DNA of 64,000 nucleotides from Oculina patagonica (taxonomy: Eukaryota), in the NCBI RefSeq assembly GCF_052425735.1, contig NC_135760.1, positions 248,001-312,000 on the forward strand. The letters run 5' to 3'. The position numbers and the translations under genes were made by a program. Each line of letters begins with the position of its first letter. The stretch's first letter is position 1. Shown here one piece after another: positions 25,369 to 39,100 of this stretch. Below the pieces are notes generated by a model, which saw only the letters and a program-made list of their open reading frames with translations, searched no databases and was not told the origin of the DNA.

Positions 25369-26417
25369 AATACGGCCACCTCCCTATTACGGACGATCTC
25401 CAATGTCCCAACAAAATTTTCTTTTATTCTGTTTAGAAAAAAAACCTCTATAGTCTCAGCCCCAGGGAACAAATTCGTATAAACTTAACCCCCTTATAAT
25501 ATGGATACCTGTCTAATACGGACACTTTGCTCTGTCCCTTCGGTGTACGTATTAGAGAGGTTCAACTGTATCTTGTTACACCATAAGTGAAAAGATATTA
25601 GCGCGTGAGTTTTCTGTAATAGCTACCAGTCAATAACGTTATTGCAATTAGGTGTATACGGTAATTATGTGAGAATAAAATCGACCAATCAGCAAAACCG
25701 CGAATATAAAGCTATAAGGCGACGAGTGGAGGGTTTTTTGACACAGGCTATAGAAAAGAAAGAAAGTGTTGCAGCATGCAAAGAATGATTCCTGATTTTG
25801 TCTCGGTTTATATTTTCAGTATTTGATCTTAGATTTTAGTCTTTGAGTTAAATCGGCGTTTAATCGAGAAAATACAGCACTGAGACTTACAGTAACAGAT
25901 TTCTGTTGCTTGGATATTCCGCGGATTTTTTTTGCGAGAAAGACTTGCGACTTCGACACGCACAACATAGGCATACCCCTTCAAACGCGCACACAATCGT
26001 GTAGCAAATACTCCTTCTTACGGAGATATTTGCCTTTCAAAATACTGAAACAACAGGATTTTGCTAACGAGCTAAAATTTGCAAAAACTGGCCATTTTCA
26101 AGGCGGACCATTTTGCTCATTAACGTATTTCCAAACGTTGCACACAATAGAAGAGACCTTTTCATGGAATTAATTTAATATTTAAACCAACAGGAATCAG
26201 TACCGAGTAAGAAATTAACGGATTCTGTTGTCTTAATATTCAGAGAATTCCTCTCCATAAGAGACGTGACTTCGAAAGTTTGCACACAATAGACATGGAA
26301 TCGCACTCTTTCAAACGGGCACCCAATTGCCCAAGAAATCCTCCTTTTAAGGAAATATTTACATTATGTTTATTTGAATATTTAACGTGTATTTTCTTTC
26401 TCTTGAAATTTCGAACC

Positions 26418-26501
26418 ATCCTTTTAGCAGAGTTGCTTCGATCTTTCCTAGCTAAGTCCCAACTTATCAAGGTAAGATCGAAGCAACTCTGCTAAAAGGA
26501 T
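26418..26501. repeat. 84-nt near-perfect hairpin
   Basis: Perfect 28-bp arms extending to a 40-bp stem with 3 mismatches and a 4-nt loop; identical at ~43842-43925. Confidence 0.9.
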
Positions 26502-28135
26502 ACCTTTCACGGGGAAATACAGACATCAATATTAAACCAATAGGAATTGGGTAAAGAGTTAGAAACTGCCCAAAGTGACCATTTTCAGCGTAGACCATTC
26601 TGCTCATTAACAGATTTTTACCTGAATATTCAAATAACAGAAATCAGCTAACGAGAAAAATGGAGACTAGCAGTACTTCTACCTCCACCCCCAGGGTCAC
26701 CCCAACATTAAATTTGCCAGTACCCATTTGTATATCTGGAGAGAGGCGGACTGGGAGTCAAGTCTTCTGCCCCGTCTTTTGCCCAAGAACAGAAACAGGG
26801 CTCGAGTACCAACTACTTGATCCAAGTCCAGTCGGCTAACTGCTAGGGCCACGGCACCCTCACCACGTAACATAACACAAGAATAATCGCAAACACAAGG
26901 ATAAATGTGTTCACTTTTTAATAAGCCTACAGATACATGTGTGTGTTGCAGTGTACACTAGTGAGGTTATCAGGTTGTGCTCTTACATGTGTAAGTGAGA
27001 ATCAGCCAAGTCACAAAAAAGGACAGTCTCGAATTTGTTAATTTATTATTGTTAATTTATTATTATGATGTAAATGTAAACTAGTATTCATTAATTGTAA
27101 GACTGATAATGTAATAAATATAGAGTAGTTTTGATGGATGCATGGTATCATGTAGTGTCCAGTATTACACTAGTTGTGTTTGGTTAAAAAACAGAAAACA
27201 ATGATTTAAAAAAAATCCAGTCAGCTCCCATGGAGTAGACGCAAGGCCACGTTATCCCTCTTTGGTGTCATACAAGAGGCCTGAGGCATGAAGTAGTGAT
27301 CAGCCACCACTTAACCGTTGTGGAGTTGGATATTGGCATCTAGAAAGGAACAGAGGAAACAGTACAATTAATTGTTAATTTACCATGGCTGTGGGTAGTC
27401 AGTGAATTTTGGGTGGTGTGTTACTGGAGCTCTAAAACCCTTACCCTATACCCCATGCTCAGCTGCACTTTGCAACCATAATAACAAACTGTACATACCA
27501 AAAATCCCTACTCTAGATTGATCCCCAGACAAGCTAGTTTTCAGAACCTTTATAACTATTACAGTCAGTTGCTACTTAAGCTGCCACAATTATGCAAACA
27601 AGTGAGATATCAATTTGAACATGAGAAATTTCATATCTCCAAGCAGCCATGTATTTTATTTGTATTTCAATTTGTGTAAACCCATGTGTCAGGTTTTACA
27701 TGCAAAGTCTAGACTGAATTCTTCAAACCACTGATAAATGGTGTCACCCCATCAATGTCCTTGATAAAGCATGTGGCATCTGAAAACCCATCACTAAAAC
27801 GACTGGTTTATACTATCAAGGGAAAGAACTCTGGTTTAATTTTCACACCTTTTTTGATGAGATATTACAAATAAAATTTATGAAAAGCTGCTAAACTGTA
27901 AACTTCACAAGGTTAATTGTAAAATTCATTAACTATTCATGAGGGTGCAAACCAATCCCAGCACAGTATTCAGATCACATGTACACCCCTGTAAACCCCA
28001 ATACAAATCAAACAATATAATTAACTTTTGATACAGACTCCTGCTCAGCTAATTAGTATTCATTAACTTTTGATACAGATCTTGACTGATTCGCATAACA
28101 AAACTTTCCATTCAATTTATTGTTTTCATTTCACA

Positions 28136-28205
28136 AGTAGAATAAAAAATTCGCGTCCGATCTGTATGGCCGTTTACAATGGCTCGCCTAACGACTCGCC
28201 ATTGT

Positions 28206-28243
<38 letters not shown>
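28136..28243. repeat. Short hairpin-type repeat
   Basis: GATCTGTATGG.CGTTTACAATGGC...GCCATTGTAAACG.CCATACAGATC; also at ~45565-45672. Confidence 0.6.
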
Positions 28244-28246
<3 letters not shown>

Positions 28247-31200
28247 CTAAAAAATTCAACTTACAATCCAAACCTCCAATGGACAGGAGTAATGGCACTT
28301 CTCCAGCTGTATGTCCTTGTACAGGTACATTAGGAAATTAGTAGATCTTCAACACTGAGAGTTCCATTTTCCTCTGTTTAACTAGACAAAACGAAAAACA
28401 ATAGAGTGACATCAATTGTCATCACTGGGCAATTCCATGACTTAATTTCAATCATAACCTAATGATTTCACATTGGAAAATTATTGTGTACTAAATTACT
28501 GGTCATTATTTAGAAGATGATGCCACTTTATTTCAATTTATTTTAAAATGTAAAACCTAGAACTGAACACGAAAATTTGCTTGTCAACCATCTGTCCATT
28601 TTCAATAAATTATTTACCTTAAATCCAGGTTATTTTTAAGTTTGCAAGATTGACGACTTCAATTTGATGACCTTGTTTTTGCCAAAACAAGGTAAAACAG
28701 GTGATTTCTTCAGTTGAGTAGAACAAATTTAAAGAGCTAACTAAGGCTAATGTTTAAACTCGTTGCATTTAAGATTAACAACCATCACTGCATTTAGGGT
28801 TAATATCAATTTGACAAGCAGTGACTGTAACAAAAAGAAAAATATACTTAACCTTCTAAGAATGCACATTGTTGTACAATCCAGTTTTTTATTGTAACAG
28901 CAATTAATCTATCCTTTAAAATTAACCTGTTATATTTTATCCTTGGGTTATAATTCAAGTACTGTAAAAGCTGTCTTAAGCCCTAGGGGTACTTATTTCT
29001 TCTTCTGACCACCTTTTTTTGGAAGGGGGGGGGGGGGTTAATAGTCAAGTGGGATTGTTGAGATGGGGTGGCTTATAATATTTCAAATCATAATCAGTTA
29101 GTGTGTATGAAAAAAATTAAGTGGGCTTCCAAAGTTTGAGTGCTGTTTAGTAACACATTTTCACAAAAAGTAACAACAAAAAGAAAATGTGGTGGATGGA
29201 CAACTTTAAAAGTGTAAATAAAACCTTGTTTTCTTTTTCGTAAAATTAATTGTCACAATCTACTATCTAGAGAAAGGGGAGGCTATTTAAAAATTGAACT
29301 TCCAGATGGGGTCTTAAAACAGCTTTTAGAGTAACCATTAATAAAACAATAGATTTACCTTCAGATCATTACTCTGCTGGAATGAAGTCTTCTTCAAGGC
29401 TCATTTTGTTCTCAAAAGCTTTAGGCAGTTTCCATATTTAGCTTGGTTTCTTCATGTGTTACTACGACGTTTTTTTAAAAGTTGATTTGAATAATTTTAA
29501 AGGAGTGTTTTCTGCTGTCTGGTAGGTATTAATCCACATAATTACTAGCGCAAGTTTAATGTTATTACACCCTCTGCAATTTCAGGTTTTAGCTATGCAC
29601 GTCTGTGAAGGAAGTTATGGCAAACATTTTTTGTTCGGTACCTTTAGCAAAGTTGGTTCGGAGCTACCATATTCTTTTCGCTAAGCGTCTTTGGCTTTTA
29701 TTTCAAACTTACATGTAGCCTGGTGAACCCGGCGTTTATTTGACTCCTACCGTTTATTTGAACCTGATGTTGGGCATGATGCATCAGCAAAGGTTTACAC
29801 TTGATAAAAAACAAGCAACAAGTGACATCCATGTTAGAATGGAATTAAATTAGTTGCAAAATTGTTTATTTAACTTGATTCCAGTAAGGATGTGTATTGC
29901 AAGTGGGTTCAAATAGAAGTTGCTGTTCTATAGATTCAACAACAGAAGAGGAAGCCAGTGTTAATATACATGTACACATGTACTTCTGTACTTTTTTTAC
30001 CTTACTTTAAAACTGCATATGATACTACAGTAAGAATAAGACGTTGAGAGATCACTCAGTTACAAAATAGCCAAGCCTTTATTGATATATAACAGGAGGT
30101 TTAAAAAACGTTTACTCCTTATTTCAAAAGCTGAGTAATTCTTGAATAACTGGACATACATTTTGTCTGTATTCAAAGCACGGTTTCAAAACAAAACGAT
30201 CATGTTTATAAAAATACACATAAAACTATATCTGGGACATATTTATGTCACATTTTACCAAAAAATATATTGATTTTGCTTGGAAGCCTTCTCCAGTTGG
30301 AAGTGTTTAATACTTCATCCATGTTTAAAGAATGTATCAAATGTTATGGCTCATTGACGTGTTTAGTTTTTTGACACCACCTAACATTTCAAAGCCAGAA
30401 ATTCTTTATTAAGAAATTCAAGGAAGTATAAAACATTTATAAATGTATAAAACGGTGAGTAATTTGAGAGCAACAGAACAAAATAATTATTACAAACAAA
30501 AACATTGTGTTTATAAAAATAGATGCAAAACTCTGGGACTTATTTATTGAAAATAGTAGTCCAATCCATTTAGATAACCATATTTTACTCAAAAATATTT
30601 GATACCACTTGGAAGCCTTCTCTTGTTTAAATGTTACATATTTAAACAATGGTTTTACAAAAAAATGTGTCATTCATTTATGTCTCAGTGAAGATTTAGA
30701 TGTTTTTTTTTTCTGATTGTAAAGGTGTTTAGGAAAGGTCACAAAGATAACATTTAGTTCAGAGTTCATGCCAAGGGATTATTCTTTATAGTATAGTTAA
30801 GAAATTTCTGTGATCTTTCATAGATTAATGTTTCAATTTCTTAAAAACAACCATAGTGGAATGACCAAACAGTTTAGCAATGTTTATCACTTTATTGAGT
30901 TCAATAACAACAGGTAGCTTAAGAGGTTATTTAATTTTAACATACAAGCTTAACAACATTAGGTTTAATTAAGTTTTTTTAAAAATTAACCATTTAGTGG
31001 CTGACGATGCCCTTGTTTATCAAAAACTTAGGAGTTAAACGTTTGTTGTATCAGACATGATGACATGCAGTTTTAGATAATTTAAACATTATAAAAGAAA
31101 ATAAATCTCTCATCTCATAGATGAAAAAAGGGTTTAAGAGTACCAGTATACATGTCACATACTTTACCTTGACCTGTTTTATATGCTACATAATGTATTG

Positions 31201-31673
31201 GATAACATAAGGTTTAAATTTTAGCAACAAAACAAGCCTGGAATATTATGACATTGCCTAACAACTGGAAAGGTTTTTTTATGGTGTAACTGTTTAGCCA
31301 AAATAATCATTTTATACCGGTAAGTTTAAATGAATGGAACATTACTTGGTAAGGCATTAATTGTGTTCATCTTCCTTCTTTATCCACGTTTACCGAAGGC
31401 TCCATGCACAAAATTTCTTCAATTATGTACAAAAAAGAAATTAAATTGATTAACATTTCAATGTTTAGCAAAAGAAACCATGACTAAAAAACACTTATGA
31501 AAATAGCTGTCATCTCTACACTACAATGTAACAGAACGGGAAATAAGCACACTGCTACCTTTTTAACATGGAATATAGGCGTGTGCTTGTAATAATTTGT
31601 AAGAAATTTATCAAAACTCTATTAACAAGGCTTTAGATTCAAACGAGAATCCCTAGAAAAATTTGTAACTACT

Positions 31674-31771
31674 TCAATAAGGGTATGCTGCTTCACGAAC
31701 AATTTTCTTGACAGTACGAGCTGGTGGTGCCTTGAAAGTTGCAGATGAACTCACTGGAACTCTGGTTGGAG
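31674..31771 (-). pseudogene. Duplicated terminal coding exon of KHDRBS with no upstream exons in this contig
   Basis: Identical coding sequence to 49205-49108 ([32 protein letters not shown]) with an intact acceptor. Confidence 0.8.
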
Positions 31772-32262
31772 CTAAAATAAGAAGTTAATGTGAGTTTAAG
31801 ATTACCACTTATTGTAATGTTATGAGTTGAGCTGGAATAAAATTCATATTAGACTTAACAATATTTATTAAATTACACCGACTAAAGTTAGCCTTGTCTG
31901 AATAGTTTTAAAGAGTTATTCCTCGACCAATTAAACACACATGAACACTTTAAGCAACACCTTATTGTAGGAAGGTTTTGCAACAACCATTTTAACTTTA
32001 ACGATTGAAAAACATCACAAAGATTAGAGAGACAAAAAGTGAAAACAAATAATTTTAAAGTCTATATTTAAAACACCTCATAAACTACTTATTTGTCAAG
32101 CTGTGCTCCTCTCCACTTAAGTGTGAGAAAAGTAACAGCACCTTGTCTTTAGTTATTTGTCACTTTGAGAGGTACATTATATACTACACAGTTACATATT
32201 TATCAGAGTGGGCAGGGCTGATATTTTTAAATGGCAAAAGCAGTACTTTTAACCCATTTTAT

Positions 32263-32739
32263 TATATGTCTACAATAGTACGCGCGCTCTGATTGGCGGC
32301 TGAGCGGGCATTATTTTCTTGTAATGACCGGGCATTATGAAACTTTTTCTCGGCTTGACGGTTTTTTGAGTTGTGAGTTAAAGCTACTAGCGAGGGGGCA
32401 AAAAACAACAAAAAATGCCGACAAAATATAACTATCTTTTCAATAACTGAAAGAAAAATATAAGCATACCGATACTTCTTTAGTATGAGCGACGAAGAGA
32501 GCCACAGAGAGCGAGTTTTACCTCCAGTGTTTTTTCCCTTGATTATACTCTTTTTTTTGAATAGTGCTTAAAGGCCATATAATAAATAACTTATTAACCT
32601 CGTCCGTTCGGCCATTACAGGGGAATCTCAGACCTCGACCTTGATGTATTGACCTCGCTGTCGCTCGGTCAATACATCACGGCCTCGGTCTAAGATTCCC
32701 CTGTAATGACCTCACTCTCGGTTAATAAGTAGTATAACC
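32263..32739. mobile_element. Hairpin-ended (Crypton-like) repeat adjoining the gap
   Basis: Not present at the homologous position in copy 2; CTGATTGG head; terminal hairpin at ~32590-32730. Confidence 0.5.
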
Positions 32740-33239
32740 NNNNNNNNNNNNNNNNNNNNNNNNNNNNNNNNNNNNNNNNNNNNNNNNNNNNNNNNNNNNN
32801 NNNNNNNNNNNNNNNNNNNNNNNNNNNNNNNNNNNNNNNNNNNNNNNNNNNNNNNNNNNNNNNNNNNNNNNNNNNNNNNNNNNNNNNNNNNNNNNNNNNN
32901 NNNNNNNNNNNNNNNNNNNNNNNNNNNNNNNNNNNNNNNNNNNNNNNNNNNNNNNNNNNNNNNNNNNNNNNNNNNNNNNNNNNNNNNNNNNNNNNNNNNN
33001 NNNNNNNNNNNNNNNNNNNNNNNNNNNNNNNNNNNNNNNNNNNNNNNNNNNNNNNNNNNNNNNNNNNNNNNNNNNNNNNNNNNNNNNNNNNNNNNNNNNN
33101 NNNNNNNNNNNNNNNNNNNNNNNNNNNNNNNNNNNNNNNNNNNNNNNNNNNNNNNNNNNNNNNNNNNNNNNNNNNNNNNNNNNNNNNNNNNNNNNNNNNN
33201 NNNNNNNNNNNNNNNNNNNNNNNNNNNNNNNNNNNNNNN
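32740..33239. other. Assembly gap (500 N)
   Basis: Run of N. Confidence 1.
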
Positions 33240-35745
33240 ATCCGCAGGCAAGCTTATACAGGTGCTTTTGCATAACAGACACAACAAACCTTTTCTACTA
33301 CCGACAGAGCAATTCTCTTTTCGTGCGCCAGTAACATGAACGATTTGGCATATTATGTGAAGTATCTTCCTGGCGCCCGGTCCAGGCCGCTTCAAGCAAC
33401 TTCGTTAGAATGATGACCGATTCAGTTGACCAATGTCGAAATGACCATCGTGCTATTGAAGCATACAATTCTCAAATCAAAATATGTTTGTAGTGACATA
33501 CCTGACTTTTTTTCCGCCAAGCGAGTTCGCGCGCCGCTTAACATAATTTATTCTACCGCCAGACACGAAAATTGATCCACGTAACGTATAAGTGTTGACA
33601 ACATCATCTTACGAGACCGCGCGCAGCTTCAGTCCAAGAAAATCTGGAGCTTTTCGTCTTCTCATTCTGCGATACAGTGCTCAAGAGCATAATTTTAAAG
33701 CGACGAAAACAAAGCTGTGGGCCCGTTTTGCGGACTACATTCGTGAAAGCAGGGGAATTAATTTTAAATTTGTTTTTCCCCTACAAATGTTTGAGTTATA
33801 TACAAATGCTTTCTGGTGTTTTGTTTTGTTTTTTGTTCGTCAATTATTATTACTTTAGATCCTTGTTATTCATATTTAATATTGACTTTGCTTGCATAGC
33901 GCGGCTATGCAATCACTTTAATTGCCACATCACTTTAATTGCCGAATCCTGCAGATTCATAAAGTTATTTATAGCGAAAGTCTTGACGAACATCTCATTA
34001 CATCTGTCAAGTGATGAGTTGTGACTGATGTTTTGCACTCCTCCTGCGAGCTTTACCGAGCTTCAAATTGCAAGATCTGTCAACACGCCTATTGTTTACT
34101 ATTGCGAAATCGGTGCACTGAATGTACCCATGGCCGACACTATCGCAGGTTGCTAAGGCGTGCGGGTCCTCATGAACCTTACCTAACCTGCAACTATTTT
34201 TGCTTTCTATTAATTTTTACCCTGCAAGCCTGATACAGTTTCAAAGGCTACACTTACAGGTACGAAGTAGTCGATCCCTTTCGCGCCCCTTCTCCCTAAG
34301 CACCCCAAGCTTCATACACGCCCCACGCGCCTTCGGAAAGGAAGCAACTGAGCTATGGTTTTGCTACAAGCTCCACGTTGACGTCTTGACGGGTTTATAA
34401 CTAGGTGTACTGTAATTTAGCATGGTTCACTAACTTTATTCAAAATACTTACTAGTATCCAAACAATTTTCCAAACGTTCTACTCAAGAAGCCTTCTTGT
34501 TCTGTAAAATAAAATACAAAGAATTTAATATTACCAATGATTGTACGTTGCTTCATACTGATATAGAAGCTAAAGGACACTGAGCGAAAAACATTCATAG
34601 TTAAGTGCTTTGTGGACTCCGAAACCGGGATTAAATATTATTGTTTCTTCTTTGATAAAATAACACTCAATAAAACACCGTGGACTTAGAAAACTAAGCT
34701 GCACGAGTCACACAAACCTTTACAGTGCATTACATGTGAAGATAACCGAGTTTGTAAGCCGTAGTCCGTTTTTACTCCATTTAAATTTTCTTGTCATGTC
34801 AAAGCATTTTTGGTTTCTACTGATACAAAGTTCAAAGTTATTCTTTAAAGTGTCATATTTTTTTGTGAACAAGTTGCCGCACTCAACCTTTAAATTTAGT
34901 CCAATAATTTACCTTACTATAGGACTATAACGAAGCATTTTAACAACGCGAACAAAATGTCCGCGTAATAAAATTGACGCAAATTTAAGAAAAGTTCTGG
35001 TTAGATGCTTATAGTAAACGTGTTTACATAAATAAAATTAGCGCAAATTTTTGAAATTCGCGTTAATAACATGTATCGTAAATTTTCTATAATAAGGTAT
35101 CTTAAACAGCACTGAAAAAGCGAATGCCCTGAAATTTTAAAGATTAATTACGTGCGTTATTTAAAAATACCGATATCAGTGAACGGCTTGGCACTACTTG
35201 TCTGAGTGAACGGATAAGCCGGGTAAGTGTTAGTCATTTGAGATCCATCGAACGGTATTGGTCGATGATGGGCGTGTCCTAAGGAAAAAACAAGAACATT
35301 CACCTTCAAAGGGACGGCTTCACTCGCGAAGATTTTAATTTAACCCCTAAAGGAGTTCAATCTAGGCGTGGCTCAAGCCACGACTGGCTATTTTTCATGT
35401 CTGATTGTTCTAGCCCGACAAGACAGTGTGACAGTGTTTTATATTTATTCATGTGCAGCCCTAAACGAGACCTTGACGGCTAAAAATATTGGCTTTAACT
35501 CCCCTTAGCGAGACAACAAGCATCCTGAGCGTTTAAATGGTAGTTCCCCCGCGCCCCAAGGGCTACTGCCTTGAGGAAATCCTCATGAACACAGTAGTCT
35601 AGAGAATGGATTCAAATTTTTTTCGGAGAGAATATCACCCCGCTCTTAGATCAACATATTATCTATAAGCCTTCCCTGTGATAGGCCCATTTGTCATGTA
35701 ACTAAAAAAGAAATATTCCAGTTATATAAGCCCTCCCGGATTTAA

Positions 35746-36087
35746 AGCTGATTTCCAGTCCGTACTGCGCAGACTCGGCGTTTGTTTTCGTTTTTGTTTT
35801 GAATTCGTTGAAACGTTACACTTCGGTGACAGCATACATGAGGTTTTTTAGTCCGCCATTACAGTTCGTTTCGTTCACGAATTTCCGATGAGCTGAAACG
35901 TCGGTTTGAAATAGCGTCAAGGTTCTTCTACTCGTTATTATTTGTTCTGCAAGGATATCTGGCATTAATAATGAAGAAAAAGGTAAGTTTGTCGCGGAAT
36001 TTTTAGTTTTGCTTGTAAACATCTCTTCGTGTGAGGCTCACATAAACATTGCAGCCGAGATTGCGCAGTACGGACTGGAATTCATCT
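35746..36087. mobile_element. 342-bp TTAA-flanked TIR element (Kolobok-like 5'-AG termini)
   Basis: TTAA|AGCTGATTTCCAGTCCGTACTGCGCA...TGCGCAGTACGGACTGGAATTCATCT|TTAA; absent from copy 1 (~18680). Confidence 0.75.
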
Positions 36088-36121
36088 TTAAGCCCTCTTC
36101 CATCCAAGATTTGTATATTAA

Positions 36122-39100
36122 CTAACTGAAGTCCTCTAGAAATTCTGTATAAGAAATAAGCAATAATAAGTTTGCAAGTAGCATGTTCCAGGCTCTTGCA
36201 TTGGTAGTTGGGGGAAAGCGAAAAATGCGGGCGAGCGAGGAAAGAAACGTGAGGCCACGGGACGAAGGCGAGCCAAGGAACCATAATACCTTCGCCCTCG
36301 TCCCCACTCGTTTTTTTTTTCTTTTCTCGCTTGCCCACGTTTTTCGCTCTCCCCCAACTACCAAGAGCCTGGAACAGCTTAGTTTGCAACTAGAGAGCAG
36401 ATTAAAACGTTTGATCAGAGTGGCTTTCTTAAAATATATTTATATCCCTCATCAAAGTTCGGTATTTAATACAGTGTTATTGTCTTGTGTGTGTGTTTCC
36501 GTACCTTTCACTGCTTTTCTGTACGGGTTTATCGGTTTTTGAGAGCTGCCGGTCGCCTTAGCTTCAAAACCATTTTTTTGAGCTGGATTTAGTAGATTGT
36601 CCTGGCCAGCTTGGGATGTAACAGCGGTGCCGTTCACGGGTGTAAATAGAGGTGATTGATGATTCACCTGTTGACTCTTCCCTAAAAAAAAATTGTGGTG
36701 AATTCGAATTTTGCCGACTTGTTCAAACTGCAAGGTGTTTATCGTTTTCTTAAAGCGAATACACTAATTAGAGGGAAAGAACATTACGAAGATTTTCAGC
36801 ACAAATAAAGCAGTAATCTTTTTGTCAAATTCCAAGGAAATAAATATCAAGGAAACAATATTCATTGATCGGTGTCCTTCGTTCCCCGTACCTTTCGCTG
36901 CTGCCTTCCTAAATGGGTTTACGGGCCGCTTCTGAGAATTACCGGTTGTGCTTGGCTCAAAGTTTCTTACGACTGGCTTGCCGCGGTTTTGATCAGCTTG
37001 GGACGAAGTAGTGCTGTTCACAGGCGCAAGCTGTGGTGGTCCACAGCTTTTTTCTAAAAGAAATGACAATATTTATAATTTCACAAGTGAAGCACCATGC
37101 TTTCTCAGGGAGTAAATCAGCACCAACACAAGAAAATGTTTTGGTTTGATTTTGATTTAGTCGCTTGTGTTAGTCACGGGCCATAATTAAACGCTGCAAG
37201 TGAGTCTATAACAATGTAGAACAATTCATGTTTACGACTGTTCAAATAATGCATCCATGTAACTCAAGAAACTAAGTCAATAAAATGTGTCCCAAGGAAA
37301 GGCCTCAGGATGAAATCTTATCATGAAAATAAAAATAAAATATCTCAAAGAAGTGGAGTATTGAGGGGTCCCGTGGGGGTAAAAATGGACAACCGGGTTT
37401 GAGAGGTGGCGAGGGGCGCGGTGAGAGCAAAGGGGAAGGTGGCGAGGGGTTGATAAAGTCCCTGAAGCGATGAAAAAAAAATCATATATTTATTGCTTAT
37501 GCTTTGGAGCCCTGGACATAGCCCTAACATCGCTTCAGAAACCCCGAAAAATCTTTCTTTTACTGCGATTAGACGCATTGGGCATTGATCAGCACCCTTC
37601 AATGGACCGCATGTGTTTCGCCTGTCTTACCTTCAGCTGACTTTGAGATAATTGCATTCGCATGTTTCTCATCAGAAGAACCATTGATCCTGTTAGCATC
37701 AAGATCTTTTGCTCGTACTGGGTAGTTGTCAATTTGGAGGCATACAGTGTTGTTTGACAAGGTGTCGAACCATGATGGCTGAGGGTCGAAGTAATCTTTG
37801 GCTGAACAAGAGAAAAAAAAGAAAAAGGTAAAATACATGCAAACTTGCAACGCTAATTAACGAAGTCGCACAGTTCTGATATCATGGATAAATGGATAAA
37901 AAGCGAGTGTGGGGGCTAATTTTCGGAGTTAAGGTATGATTACGGTAGTGTATAGCAACTAATAGCTTACAAGTGTTTGGACTTATCATGGGTCATACAT
38001 CTTTGGGACCCATGTATGTTAGTCACAGAGGGCATTTGGTGTCCGCAATAAAGGAAGTCCGTAGTAACGCAAGTTATTTTCAGTATTTCTTATTCACCGG
38101 GACTTTAAGTCCTGTCCGTAATAACGCGGTGTCCGTAATAGCGAGGTGTCCGCAAGGCGGGAGTTGACCGTATGAGGTCGCTTTTATGATGCCACTGAGA
38201 GAGTACATAGCCGTCGTTAATCTTCTTATTTCTGTGTCAATGAACATAGTAACAGACTTTCCCTTCCATCGCCAACCTCGTTCCCAGGGTTTTCCCCTTT
38301 GTAATTTGGAACGGGCGAGCCGTTCCAAATTACCAAGGGGAAAGCCCTGGGAACGAGGTTGTTCTATCGCTAATTCCCAACTTTACCTCAAGTCTAAGCC
38401 CGCCTCAACAGCTCAACATTACTTTCTAAAGCCACTTACCATTGAATAACTGTGGCTCAATGTGAAGATTTTCCACCTCTGTTTTCTTTCTAAGGAGGTT
38501 TTCTTCAGCTTGAGAGATGTTCTCTTTCGTTTTTTCAAGTTCCTCATCTATTGTCTCCATTTCCTTTGCAAAATCAATCTCCGTTGTTTGTCCATTACGC
38601 TCAGGTACCTGTGATACCATTGTGTGCCCATTCTGCTGCAGCTCTAAAACTGTTTCTTTTAGATGAGCAATTACCTTGTCCTTTACCGACACCCTCTCTT
38701 TAAGATAAGCAATTTCCTTTTCTTTAGCTGTCATGGTAGATAAAATAGAGAGTAAAATTGTCAAAGATGATAATATCACTGGTTATAACTGATTCGCATA
38801 TTCTTTACTCTGCAGCCTACAGTTAATTTGTAGTTTGGCTATTATATTTTTGCAGTATTCAGAGTGCTTACCGATCAATCGTTGTATGAATGATATTAAT
38901 CAATCTTTCAATTTCTCGTTTTATTAAAATAATCAAATGAGTTTTCGTCACTGAAATTTGTTTGAGTTGCGTGCAGATACTTAAGGCCAAGTTCTTTTTA
39001 CCATAAATCATTCCTATAAACTTACCATTACACTGTGCTTCGAGGACAGCAATCTTTTCTTCAAGCTCTTCCTTTTCTTGCTTGTACTAAGAGAAAAAAA

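Larger units (their letters stand above)
17104..32260 (+). repeat. Segmental duplicate copy 1 (or alternative haplotig) of 34176-49990
   Basis: Collinear direct similarity over ~15 kb with an offset of ~17.1-17.7 kb. The two copies differ by substitutions and TE indels. Confidence 0.97.

Noticed and set aside
25910-26495. Short ORFs conserved between the two copies
   Set aside because: The conservation reflects overall copy identity. There are no splice signals or recognisable domain, and copy 2 has an indel and a piggyBac insertion here.
27720-28460. Possible intronic C/D snoRNAs between the non-coding exons
   Set aside because: Only partial or variant C and D boxes, and no terminal stem or rRNA guide that I could recognise.
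33240-34175. Unique sequence after the second gap with several short ORFs
   Set aside because: No recognisable domain or termini; possibly a TE fragment, but it cannot be classified.
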